Made by a program: the position numbers and the translations under genes. The notes under the pieces are model-generated. The model did no database searches. It saw nothing but the letters and a program-made list of their open reading frames with translations, and had not been told where the DNA came from. Of a stretch of DNA of 64,000 nucleotides, positions 1 through 15,025 are shown one piece after another (the first letter of the stretch is position 1; every line of letters begins with the position of its first letter). The stretch is from assembly GCF_009914755.1 (NCBI RefSeq), contig NC_060929.1. The stretch is one strand, 5' to 3'. Source of the DNA: the human T2T-CHM13v2.0 reference genome, Homo sapiens.

Positions 1-89
1 TACTTTTAAAGAAGCATGATATGTTACATGTTTGCTAACAAGAATAAATATCTTTTGGAAACACTTTAAAACTGAAATAGCTAGATGTG

Positions 90-454
<365 letters not shown>

Positions 455-2773
455 TAATGCTTCAAACCTTAAATTAAATTAGAACCAAGTTAATGGCAAA
501 GTGCTGTCTGATAATTTTAAAAAATGACAAAGCTGGTATTATAAATTAAATAATATCTAACTTTGTAACTCAAGAACCTTTCAATTTTTCGTCCCTAGAA
601 ATGATATTCCAGCTCTTGCTATTAAGCCAAGTTCTTGCTTTCAATGCATGTATAGCTTACCACTAGAAACACCTATAGCTTTTCAAATAAAATATTTAAA
701 AATTTATGTCATGAATATCATGAAAATGTTTCCTTATAACGCAGAATGTTGTTTTCAGCTTCAATGTATATTCAATTTCTATTTTAAAATATTATCAAGA
801 TAGGATTTACATAATAGAAACACTTCACTATCTAGAAAACAGCTTGAGCTATAGTTGTCCAATAAATCATTGCCAATTAACAATTAACCTAGGACTATTT
901 TAAAAGGTATGCGAAAACATTTTATGACTAGCATACTAATTATATTTATACACAAATAGCTCCAAGTACCTGTAAGATATATATGAATATATTGCAAATA
1001 TATTTATATGAATGTGTATATGTTTTACAGGTACTTGGCCTATGTAGACACAGCCCTTATAATCTTTGCATTGCTGACTTCCTTAACAACCTCCATCCTC
1101 TCTTTTTTCTGGTACAGATAAAATACAAGTAAACTTCCACTCAAACCCTGTCTAAATGATCTCAATTAGTAGAGCCTGAATTCGTGGTGATTTGCTATAC
1201 ACACTTAGCCACTTCAATAATAATCTTAAGTAAATGGATTTTGAGTAATATTGCTAAATGAGATTTTAAGCATGACTAAGTATGACATTTGTGGAAGGGG
1301 CTTTATTTCCCAGTTCCCTTGGAAACAAAAGGAGTGAGCTGGGTTTAGTAAGGTAATGGCTAACATTTGATAATAACCTGCGATTGTGTAGCACTTTATC
1401 CCATCAACAGGAAGCACTCTGAGACTCACTATAACCCTGGAAGGAGCAAGTCACTCCGCCATTTGTCATTTTCTCTCAATTCCGGGTCCTCATCCTGTTC
1501 TAAGGCTCTCTCGGGTTGCGGATTGTCATCAGTTCCACATGTCGCCTAAGCATTTCCAGGAGTTCAGCAACTCAAACCTTTCAAGTTTAAGATCAAGATG
1601 TTCCCAAGTCAATAGCAGGCTCTGAATGCCAAGTATTCAGGTCAGAAAAGAAAAAGTGATCCAAGTCTTTGAGCACAGGATAATAAACTACTATATACTC
1701 AGTTCTTGCTTCAAATTTAAAGTGCTTGAGCTCTGAGTCACAAGGTCCCTGGTACATTTATTACAGGGTCTGGAGCAGAATGAAATTGGAAATGAGTGAC
1801 TGTTATATGGTGGCATAATGTAAAGCTGGATGTGATCCTTGGAGTGTTTGAGCTAAGTATCACACTTCTAGTGCTGGGAGATGGAGCTGGAAGCCCATGG
1901 TGCTCACAGGGACTTCGGTGAAACTCACATGGCATCAACAATGTTCAGTGGCTGCTAGGATTTTTGAAATACCCCAGAGAAACAATAAATAAATTCCATT
2001 AGGAAGAATCAAAAGAAAATCTAATACAAAAGAAAAAAAAAGGCCATTACGTGTTGAGATTTTTTTCCCTGATGAACTCTACCTTTCTGGTCATTGCAAG
2101 GTCCATATTAAAACCTTGTCTACTGGTTGGTTGCTTATATTTTCAGTGGGCTTCACTCCTGAGGAGGTTCTTCCACTATACTTTGCTCAGGGGAAAAGAT
2201 ATGGCTTTGGCGAGGCAGGTGTGAGAATTAAACAAGAAGGTCATGCTGTTCTCAGAGAGGAAGAGCTGTTTCACCACAGCCTGTCACCACACCAGCTGAA
2301 ATGGCAAAAAGAATTCTTCTCACACAGCGATGTTCTCAGAACCCCCATCAATCATTTGTTTATGTTTCTTTCAACATATCTCACCCATCACCTGTTTTAG
2401 AACATATAATTTTAGGGGTTAACTAGGTGGGTTTTATTTTTTCAGAATAAAAGAACTAGCTATCTCTATCAAAGTTACATAGTTTTCATTTAAGTGACTT
2501 GGAGGAGTAAAATCATGCTGAGAAACATTGGCTTTCAAAAGGATCAGTTACACGAAACTCAATAACATTAAATGACAATCTGTCAGACTCCTGATGCTTT
2601 TGTTTTTCCTTTGAGTCATAAGCATTTCTAGGATTTAAAACTTTACCGCTTCATTCAATAGGATCTTAATTTAAAAGAACAATCAATAATCTCCAGGAAA
2701 GCAAGTCTGTTGACCAGTTTGGGAATTGGAAAATATGAGGTTCTTCATTTCTGTACTCAAAATAGATATGCAT

Positions 2774-3129
<356 letters not shown>

Positions 3130-5699
3130 TTAATAGAATTTCATGAAGCAGAGGTAGAAGGGCCCCCACACACCATCTGTGAATACATCTGGTAAATTCT
3201 ATCTCTCCACTTGATTAAACTTCAACATAGACTGCATCTGCAGGTAGTTTAGTGAGAATGGAAGTGTTACCTACTTGTACTCTCATGGCTCAGTGAGACA
3301 ATCTACTTTGGCCAAGAAAATTAAAGAGCCAACACAATTATCTGCCTCCAAATACAGAGAGGGATTTTCCTTGCATTGTCTTGATAGGCTGTCTATGTCC
3401 ATGAAATTGACTACGTCACTCCCCGACACAGTGCCACAGAAAGGGCTCCAACTGTCCTGACTTCAGAGGCTGAATGAGATTCTGGGAGGGGAATTTGGGT
3501 GCCTGTTCTTTCCCTCCCTCTCTACCCTCTTTGATCTCTTAACAACTGTGGGTTGTTAGTTTGGTTTGAAAGCCAATGGTTTTGCTTGCAATTATTCTAG
3601 TTCACTGCTCTGTCCCCATGGCCTAGAAAAAAAGCATGTATCTCAATAAATATTTATTGATGGGATGTATTTACACCTGCAAGCCATGATGTATGCCAAG
3701 TCAATCTGCAGCTACTTGGAGAACACCCAGCTCTGCCTTTGAAAAGCTTGATTACGGTATGAAATGTGACTCCATGCCTGCTGTCAAACCATACAGAACA
3801 AGTACATGGTCCTCCAAAGTGCCATCTGTGCCTGGGAAGATCCTATCACAGTTTAAATCACTGTGAAAACCAGCCCCACAGACCAGCAGAAAGAATTCTG
3901 CCTCAGTCTACAGTTTAGTTTGCATAGCTTCCACATTCTGGGTTTCTCATTTGCACTGTGAATAGAATCCAAGTATGATGTGCACAGCAGCAGAGAGTCA
4001 GAGTCTCTGGCCATTCTTGCATGGGTTTTCCTTTGATCAAGTTAGAAATCCAAATTCAGTATTGTTATGGGTGGTTTGTTCTGACAAACTCTCATTCTCA
4101 GAATGTTTGCATACATCATTCTTGTTTCATAAAAAGTTGCTAATTTCATTCTCTTTTCTTTGGCTTGTTTAATTTTCTATCTGAGGACCAGACCCAACAG
4201 GTGAGGTTTTCCTGAGGGATGTTTTGGCAACTTTTTATTGTGTTTTGCCTTCTGAACTAAGGGCTTATTTTTTAAATTGTAAACGGAGTAAGCTTTAAAA
4301 TCTGTAAGTTAAATAAACAAAAAATATATCCAGAAGAGTGTTAGCAAATGATTTCTTTAAATGTCTCTTCTCTTTTCCTCCCACTCCTACTAGAAGGAGT
4401 AGAGCTAAATAATGCATAATTCGTGACTGTGCCAGAAGCCATAAAGGAGAATGAGAATTGGAGTGCAGTGACCCTTGACCATTAGGTTATTAGCAGATTT
4501 TGTTTCCAGAGGGTGAAAGGGCCTTGGTGGAACCTTGCTCATGGGCCCAGAACCCAAACCGCTAGAAGAGAAGCAACTAAATGTGACCAAATACACTATG
4601 AAGTATGGGTTATCTGAAATTGGATAGCTGTGCCCTGTGCCCCCATTTGACAGGAAGCAAAGTATCACTGGAGAAGACTAAGCTGATAGCTGCAACCTGG
4701 TCCTTGCTCAGAATCACATGCTCACTCTATAGCCTCAGTTAAGCTGAGGCATGAGTCATACCCAGAATCAAAGACAAGAATCTTTCTAGAGCAAAAGCCT
4801 TGAAACCCATCATCCCCAGGAAATAGGGGACCTCTCCTTAGCCACAGTCTACAAGGCACAGGCTGCAAAAATATATGGATTTTTTTCTATACATTTCTTC
4901 ACAATTTCTTCTGGTTTTCTACATAAGTCTACATATTTCTTCATAACACTTGGTATCTTTGGCCTAACCAACCTCTATATGAGCAGAGATAATAAATCCA
5001 ATACAAAATCAAACTTGTGCAATTGTGCAATTAAGTAAAAAAACAAAAACAAAAACAAAACTAGTTTCTGGTAATACGGGGATACACCATCCTCAAGAAA
5101 AAGTTGAGCATCTCAACAAGTTACTTAATAACTACTATAATGCCTATGTAGCAGCACTGGTTTTCACATGTTTTAAATTAATACATATCCGAATCTCAAC
5201 TTCCAAGCGTATGAAATAAAACCTAAACAGTGAATTGATACAAAATATGGCAAGTGTGTTCAATCCCTAAATCCAGAGCCAATTAAGTATATAAGATCTT
5301 AAAGAAGACTATTAACCCAATCCTGTCTGCAAACTGGGGGATGAGTGCAGCTAAGGACAGAGTCAAAAGGAGGTATTTCACCCAGCAGCAAGGTGGGTGG
5401 GCATTGTCTCCAGCACCATAACCAGAGGCTGGTCACTGTGCTTTTATCTCTGGCCCTAGATACAGAAGACACAGAAGGAGAGCTGTAGTTTTCTTATCTA
5501 TTTTCCAGCCTCTGGGCTATCTTTGCTTCTAGTAGCCTTTCATGGGCAGAGTCCTACACATCAACGATATGAAGCCAAAGCTTAGTGCTGGGAGGAGGAG
5601 GTGTTAAGCCATGAAGCATCAAGATGGAAAACCTGCTTTGGAATATTATTGAAATCCTAGTCCGTGTCACACCCAACCTCCTTGTGCTGGTGGGAATTT

Positions 5700-6069
<370 letters not shown>

Positions 6070-6582
6070 TGAAGGCTTTCTGGAATAGCCTGCCCACACA
6101 CAGCGCAAGATGTCCCAGATAAAATCTGAGCGCCCAGCCCAGTTTCAAAACTTCAGCCACAGGAGTACTATGAACAGGCGTGGATCTACTGCTCAAAGAA
6201 ATAGCCTCCTCACTCACACCAGTCTTTAAAATGACTATTAAATAAATCATTTTGAATCTATTTGTCAAACTGCGGCTTCCCTAAACCCTAAGCAGTGAAA
6301 CTCAAGATTTGCTTGTAGAAATTGAGGCTAACACGTGGTCTTCTTCTGGTCCCCAAATGAGACTGAAACACTTAAAGACTTACAATCAGTCATAAAAAGA
6401 GATATATTATCATCTCACCTAGAAAAGGATCATCTAAAAGGAGGTGAAGAAAAACTATGGGTGCATGGGTGAGGGTTTTAATTAAAATACTCAAGCTTTC
6501 ATTAATGGCCAAGGGATAAAACCTAAAGTTGATTAGACACCTGCATGTATCAGCACAGCACTAGGAGCTTTACAGAGCTCAT

Positions 6583-6663
6583 TTTATTTAAGTCCTATTT
6601 TAGAACAAAGGAAACAGTCTTAGGCAAGGCAAACTCACAGTTGGCTACTCAATGTCTTTTATT
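6583..6663 (-). terminator. CAPSL: CAPSL polyadenylation signals (two AATAAA)
   Basis: Plus-strand tttatt at 6658-6663 and 6583-6588, i.e. about 155 and 230 nt downstream of the CAPSL stop codon. Confidence 0.7.
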
Positions 6664-6818
6664 TCTGCCTGTTTTTTGGCCCCAGAAAATGCAATATTTT
6701 GACACAGAAAAAAACATTAGGATGAGTGTGAAATCAAATACGATTCTGGTTTTTGAGCTGACATTTAGTCATTTGGAGCCACATGTCTGTCCCAGGGCCT
6801 GGTCCCCAGGTCATGTGC

Positions 6819-7133
<315 letters not shown>

Positions 7134-8059
7134 CTAAGCCAACCTAAATGGAAAGTGACGCATAGGTTGTCATCTTTTGTCTAAGGGTGGGAGCCCGTCG
7201 GTTCAGGTAAGGGAGACTGAAACTCAGAGTAAGAAGGAAGTGCTCTGCAACTGTAGTTATTTCTGTCTTTCTGTGACACGTCAGAAACAACATGTCATGT
7301 CCTTGTGTCAGGGTAAGTGATGTTTTCCCTTTCCAAAAATGGAGTTCTCTCCTGTGGGTGAAGAAACAGATTTCTAGTTAAATGCTCCCGGGTTGCATGC
7401 TTTTCTAACACATAAATAACTCATTCAAGGCCCAGGGTGAATAAAAAGCTTACCCCTGCTTCATGCCTCCCACCCATCCTGGCTTCTCTCCACTCTACAC
7501 CCATGACCATCTCTTTGAAATATTGACTAATGTGTTTATCTGTGTGGGGATTTTATATTACTTTCCTTTGGGGAAGGAGAAAAGACAGTTATTAGTCTTA
7601 TTTTTAACAGGTCTAGATAATATGTACACTCTAATTTAATCATGTTGGTTGACATGATCGGTTGGGGACATACCTATGCCTTCCAAGAATCATAAGAGAT
7701 GACTGACCCACTGGTCCTATTGAAATTATAAGTGACCAGAAAAGAAAAGTCACTGGATCCACAGTTGTCTTTCATACCACCCCTTCCCACTAAAAACATA
7801 AGGAAGGGCAGTAGAAAGAAAGGCATTTGAACTCAGCTCATAGTTGAACTGTAAATACACATCTACAATACATGCATAGAGCCTCTGTCAAAATTAGGAT
7901 ACCATTAGCATCCCCCTTTGTTGAACTTCTTTATTCCTCTCCTCCTTTGGATTCCTCAGCCTCTGCTTTTCAATTCCCTCATTAAGGGATTACATTAAGT
8001 TTCACACATCATTATTGCCCTCTTTCTATCTTTCTCATGTTGTGTGAGGTTCCAGGGAA

Positions 8060-8235
8060 ATGTTTATCAGTGTGGGTCCACACCACCTGCATCAGGACCA
8101 CCTGGGGTGTCTGTCATAAGCCTAGGCCCACAGGCTGTACCCCACACCTGCTAAATCAGAATCTCTGAAGCAGGTGGTTGTGGAATTTACTTCTTAAAAA
8201 TCTAAACATCCCAGTTAATTGTTGTGCACACTACA
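8060..8235. mobile_element. MER5A-like hAT DNA transposon fossil
   Basis: cagtgtgggtcc...acctgcatcaggaccacctgggg...acctgctaaatcagaatctctg, typical of MER5A. Confidence 0.6.
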
Positions 8236-8499
8236 GTAATTTAACTGGGAATATCAAAGATAATTAAGATAAAGTCTCAGTCCTCAAAAAGTTGCAGGCT
8301 GGTGAAATACTCCAACAAAGTAAGTGGATCATTTTACAGCAAATAGCAAGTAAACTAAAAGAGTTACCCACGAGACCCTGAGCCATTTTGACGGTGCACT
8401 TTACCATGACAGTTTGAGGAACATTTTTTACAGCTAATTATTTTTTAATTAAAAATTATCAAACTCCCGATATTTTTAGTTTGTTATTGTTTCTATTGT

Positions 8500-8990
8500 C
8501 TGTTTGTTGGCCAGGGATGACAGCCATTGAGTGAGACTCCCTCCACATCCACTGTAATAATCCTATCCCTAGCTTTTCTCTCCCACAGAAGTTGAAAAAC
8601 TCAAAACTCACTTTCCCAGACTCCTCTGCAGCTTCAGCTTGGGATGGCCAAGTAATAGAGTTCTCACCAATAAGATACAAAGGAAATTTGACATGAATTT
8701 CTAGGGAAGCCTTTGCTTTCCTGATGCAGGCTCCAGCCCTTTCTCGTTCCCTCCTTCTCCCTCCTTTGTCCTGCTGCCTGAAACTCAGATGTGCTGGCTG
8801 AAGTTAGGCAACCATCTTGAGATCATGAAGGAAAGGCCAGGAAAATCACAAAGACTTCAGCTCTGCTCTCTTTAAGCCACTCAAGTGAGAACATCAAGTA
8901 GAATAAAAAATAAAACCTAATTTGTGTATTCCAGTGTATAATAAGATTTCCTATTTCTTGCAATTGAAAGCAAACCCTAACTGAAACACC
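8500..8990 (+). mobile_element. MLT1-type (MaLR) LTR fossil
   Basis: ttcccagactcctctgcagct...gccatcttgagatcatgaagga...cttgcaattgaaagcaaaccctaactga resemble the 3' half of MLT1J/K. Confidence 0.55.
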
Positions 8991-11900
8991 AATACATGAT
9001 TGAGACTGGTATCGTCACCCATCCTTCCATCCCAAACTCCCCCAGTGGGATGGGGTGACCTGAGTTGAGTTGGCTCTGTTGGAGAATGGAGAAGGAATCC
9101 AAGATGGGCAAAAGATAAAGGAAGCATTAAACCTCACTTGGAAGTCAGATGACGTCAAGCCAGAGGTCAGAGCTAATGTATTTGATCATTTCAGAAAAAG
9201 CCATCAGTTACTCTTAGCTAGGTGTTTGCTTGTTTTCTGAGACTCAACTTATATTGGGAATGGCCTGAATCGCAAATTCTCTGATCTCCTGTAAATTTGC
9301 CCTCATCATAGTAAATTGTTGGTTAGCAATAATCACTATCCTTATTCATTTTATTTGACATTAGAAAAAAATGAGAGACTGGGCACTCCTACTTTTAGCA
9401 GGCCTCTTGACTAGGCTACCTTTATGTGACAAGATATATATCATATATACAAGGAAAGGTCCCAGATGGGGGTAATGGAAGTCACAATACAAGCCCTTTT
9501 TCTCAGCTCCAAATTCATCAGAAAAATCCTAAAACAAATCTAGTTTACTATTAATACATACACTCAGTAATATACCTAACATATTTTTAATTATTTAAAA
9601 ATTTTTTATGAGATGGATGAGGCAATAGACTGATATTCCCTGAAGGTCTAAAGTCCTAAGAGGCTTTTTAAAAATATAGTGATGATAAAGTCATATATAC
9701 ACATGAAGAATTCAAAACTTAGATATTAAAGAATAAGAAGTAAATGTCTCACCAAATTGTGGTGGGGTTTAGTGATAGAAAAGGGGTAAGGAAAGTCTGT
9801 GTCACAGGTTATCTGATTGCTTCACACCTCCATCCAAATGGCTTCCGGCTGCTATGGGAGTCCAGTGAGGTATTAGTGCAAGATTTATGACATCAAATTC
9901 CGTGACTGCTGAAACTCCAGCAACCTTTATGGGTATTTGAGAGTTTAACCTAGATTATCAAGTTTGAACATTACCTTTAGCTAGGAGCTATGCTAAATTT
10001 TTTGCATTATTTTAAATTTTGTCTTATATGGGATGTTTTTAACCATAAATGAGCACACTGGCTTCAAGTACAGCTATGCTTCACCACAAGCAATCTTAAT
10101 ATGCAAAATAGTGCAATTTGCAAGAGGTAAATTTTAGAAGCTAATTATTCTTCTCATAAAAGAATTTACCATGGAGTTCCTCTACATCAACAATTTCTTG
10201 TGCATTTAAAATACAATTCAGTGTGCGAAAGTTTGAATTACACATCACTTTTCAGAAACACTTTTATTATGTCTATTAAATGAGATATCCCTGGTAAGCC
10301 CTTAGCAAATGCCCAGTTGATATGTGCTCAAAAAGTGTTGCCCAGATTCATTATTATGCTAAATGGGGTCATGTGCATATTATATTTAGTAATTTTAAAA
10401 CAGTTATTTCTGAATCTTTTAGAGCTAAGGATCACAAATACACGTGAGTGTAAGAGTCATCTGGTACACATTAAAATGTAAAGCCTTGGACTCCATCCTC
10501 CAAAAAATCAGATTCTGTGGTTCTGCAGTGCAGCTAGGAATCTACATTACTAATAAATCCTCCCTGATGATGATTATGAACAGCCAGAGTTGGGTATCAA
10601 TACAGGGTCTGTAACATGCAGATGACATCAAGTGCTATAACTGCTGAAAACCTCAATAACCTTTATGAGCTTTTGAGAGCTTAATGTGGCTTCTTAAGAT
10701 AAATATCAAAAGGGGTGATGTGCAGACTTGAATCAGCCGAATCACAACTGGCTATTTTGACTTTTGTTAGAGAAAAGGGTAGCTGAGGTTTCCCCTGGCA
10801 ATGAGGAGGAACCACCTGCAGAGAGGAAGCAGACACACTCTAGGATCCACAAAGGGGTGGGCTAATTTGGGGAAATGGCAGTTGGCTATTTTTCCACTGA
10901 CATCTCAGTGATCAAGGCCAGCAATACTGGAAGAAAACATGTAGTTTTTATTTCTGTCCCTAAGATTTTGGCTGCCCTATTGAATTTTGGCCCTTTTGTA
11001 AACCTGCCTCCACAATCCTCAGCCTGAAATAGAGGGTATGTCTCCATCCCTGAAAGGGAAATGTCAGCAGGAAGAACAGAAAGGTCACCTTCCTATCCCC
11101 CACCCCTTGCTAATGAGACTCATCATGAAGTTTCATTTAAAAAGTTGGAGCACATTCCCTTCAGAAGAGGAAGGTTTATTTCTTCTTCCCTTAACCACTC
11201 TCTTCTTGTCCACTGGGCCACTTATCTTTTCCTGTGCTGTAAAGGGCTTAAGAGACAATGAACCCTGGGGCTGTGCTGCTGCTGACTGTTACTCAAGGGA
11301 CAATCCCCTTTCCTTATCACCAAAACCCTTAGATCATCTAAGAACAGAACTGGCTCAGGGTTTTTTTTTTTTTCTAAAAAGTCAATTTAGGGCTGTTGAT
11401 AAAGGACAGATGACATTTTCATCTCAGCCTAGACACAGTCATGGAGCTATATAATTCCTTACCCTACCAAGCTATGCATTTGTAACTTGAAGATAAAAGT
11501 TAATGGAGATGGGCGGTTGATTTTGTTTTCAAATTCAGTGCAGTTTAGAAATGTAAGTTAATCTCAAAGCACACTAAAGAATAAATCAGAGTAAATTCTG
11601 TTATTTGACATTCCCTTTACCAAAAACTACCTTTAAATGGCATTTCCACATAGCAAAGTGTGAAGATGAATGAGGATGAGTGTGAAGGCGCTAAAACATC
11701 CTGAAAGGCCTTGTAAATCTGTTCTCCAAAATTAAATTATGATCTCATTTCAAAGTTAAATATATTTTATTATAATCAGTTCACTGGAGTGCAACTAGCT
11801 GAGTATGGTAAATATAGTAACCATAAAATGGCATGTTTAATCAGAACATCACATTCCCCAGATGACAGGTCATCACTTATGTGGATCCCCTACCAATATA

Positions 11901-12123
11901 TTTCAATATATGTCTATGAGTGTGTGCGTGCACAAACATACATTAGGTTTCAACTAAAGTAACATGAAGGTTTCCCCTGGCAATGGAGAAGTTTCTAGAT
12001 TGTTCCTAGGGAAATAGTTTACTTCTATTTACAACAAATATGGTATCAATGTGTTAACATTTTTAAGAGTTTGGACCTATTTCCCATTTACAATTTCGAA
12101 TTGAAGAAATTTCCCCTAGATTA

Positions 12124-12348
<225 letters not shown>

Positions 12349-12608
12349 CTACAAAAATAGAAGAATACATACAGAGACATACATAAGCAAATGAGCTTTT
12401 TTGGTATCCTATGTGATAAAATATCTCATTCCCCTCAATGATGTGAAATAATATTTGTGTGCTATTATGTAATAGACACTACAATTGCTCCAAAAATTCC
12501 TAAGTCTGTTCACAGTTTTCTGCTTATCCCCCTCCCCACAGTGTACTAACAACTTGTAAAAACAAAACCTCAAGGTAGCCAACCCAAACCACGTGAAAGC
12601 CAAACTCA

Positions 12609-12839
<231 letters not shown>

Positions 12840-13004
12840 TCAGAAGAAATGTACAAATAACAGGTGTAAGTGTAAAGATTAAAAAAAAATCCACACTCAA
12901 GGTTTCGTCAAATTAAAATACAAAAGTCTTAAATTCTTCTCTGCACCCTCCTTTCCAAAACTGGAGAGCCTCTTCCCACCACACACACACAAACACACAC
13001 ACAA

Positions 13005-13990
13005 AGTATAATTCTAATTACATGACATTCTGCAAAAGACAAAACTGTGGAGACAGTAAAAAGATGAAAGGTAAAGGAAAGAGTTGAATTGGTGAAACAT
13101 GGGATTTTTAGGTCAAAGAAAGTATCCTTTATAATACTATGATGGTGGATACATGACATTATGCATTTGCTAAAACCCATAGCACTTTACAGAGCAAGGT
13201 GTAAACCTTAATGCATATCAATTTTAAAAAAATGATTTAGGAAGTCAGAAAATCACAGTGATGTGGCTATGTTAGGGATATAGGAGCCAACTTAAATAGC
13301 TCTCAAGATCAAGGCTGGAACAATTAAACCAATAAAACTATGCTGGATTGTAACCCAAAATATAAAAAAGAAATCCCTACATCCATACTGGTTAAATAAA
13401 TGATAGAGTAAATAAAGATGAAGAAAATGACAAATTTCTCTTGCAGAAAAATTCCAAATAAGTTATGGATATATTCTCCCCTCAAGGAGGGAACATATAC
13501 TCCCCACTCTCTAAGTGTGGGCTCTACAAAGAGGTTTCCTTCCAAAAAGTACGATATGGAAAAGGGAAAAGGGAAGCAACTTTACAATGGAGAAGTCTGA
13601 CAAATACTACCTCAATCAGGTGATCAGTGTCAACATCAACAGTAATAAATCATGTTAATCATACATATCCTTGGTATAATGTGATAAAAATGGTGCTTTA
13701 TGTCTGTGGTCCCTAAAAATAATAAGCCCAGTTTAGTCATGAAGAAAAAAATCAGAGAAATTCCAATAGGTGGGCATCCTACAAAATACTTGACCTCTCA
13801 CATTCATCAAAAACCAGGAAAGTCTGAGAAACTGTCATAACCAACAGGATCCTAAGGAAACATTACAAGTAAATGTAAAGCAGAGTTCTGGATGAGATCT
13901 TGAAACAGAAAAGGACACTAGGTAAAAACTACGGAAGTATGAATAAATTATGGGCCTTAGTTAATAATCATGTGCTGGCATTGGTTTTTA
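13005..13990 (+). mobile_element. Old L1MC-type 3' region fragment
   Basis: gacattctgcaaaagacaaaactgtggagacagtaaaaagat...aaatactacctcaatcaggtgatcag...ctggatgagatcttgaaacagaaaaggaca are L1MC 3'-end motifs. Confidence 0.7.
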
Positions 13991-15025
13991 AAGTAGTCTA
14001 TTTAAAAAATAAGGGGGTGGAGCAAGATGGCCAAATAGGAACAGCTCCAGTCTACAGCTCCCAGCGTGAGCGATGCAGAAGACAGGTGATTTCTGCATTT
14101 CCAACTAAGGTACCAGGTTCATCTTACTGGGGAGTGTCGGACAGTGGGTGCAGCACACCAAGCATGAGCTGAAGCAGGGCAAGGCATCGCCTCACCCAGG
14201 AAGCGCAAGGGGTCAGGGAATTCCCTTTCCTAGTCAAAGAAAGGGGTGACAGACGGCACCTGGAAAATCGGGTCAGTCCCACCCTAATACTATGCTTTTC
14301 CAACAGTCTTAGCAAACGGCGCACCAGGAGATTATATCCTGCGCCTGGCTCGGAGGATCCGACACCCACCGGGCCTCACTCATTGCCAGCACAGCAGTCT
14401 GAGACCAAACTGCAAAGCAGCAGCGAGGCTGGGGGAGGGATGCCCACCATTGCTGAGGCTTGAGACGGTAAACAAAGCAGCCAGGAAGCTCAAACTGGGT
14501 GGAGCTCACTGCAGCTCAAGGAGGCCTGCCTGCCTCTGTAGACTCCACCTCTGGGGGCAGGGCATAGCCAAACAAAAGGCAGCAGAAACCTCTGCAGATT
14601 TAAATGTCCCTGTCTGACAACTTTGAAGAGAGTAATGGTTCTCCCAGCATGCAGCTTGAGATCTGATAATGGACAGACTGCCTCCTCAAGTGGGTCCCTG
14701 ACCCCCGAGTAGCCTAACTGGGAGGCACCCCCCAGTAGGGGCAGACTGACACCTCACACGGCCAGGTACTCCTCTGAGACAAAACTTCCAGAGGAACAAT
14801 CAGGCAGCAACATTTGCTGTTCACCAATATCTGCTGTTCTGCAGCCTCCGCTGCTGATACCCAGGCAAACAGGGTCTGGAGTGGACCTCCAGCAAACTCC
14901 AACAGACCTGCAGCTGAGGTTCCTGACTGTTAGAAGGAAAACTAACAAACAGATAGGACATCCACACCAAAACCTCATCTGTATGTCACCATCATCAAAG
15001 ACCAAAGGTAGATAAAACCACAAAG

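Noticed and set aside
9014-9059. Short imperfect inverted repeat gtcacccatcc / ggatggggtgac
   Set aside because: About 11 bp with an indel; expected by chance in 64 kb.
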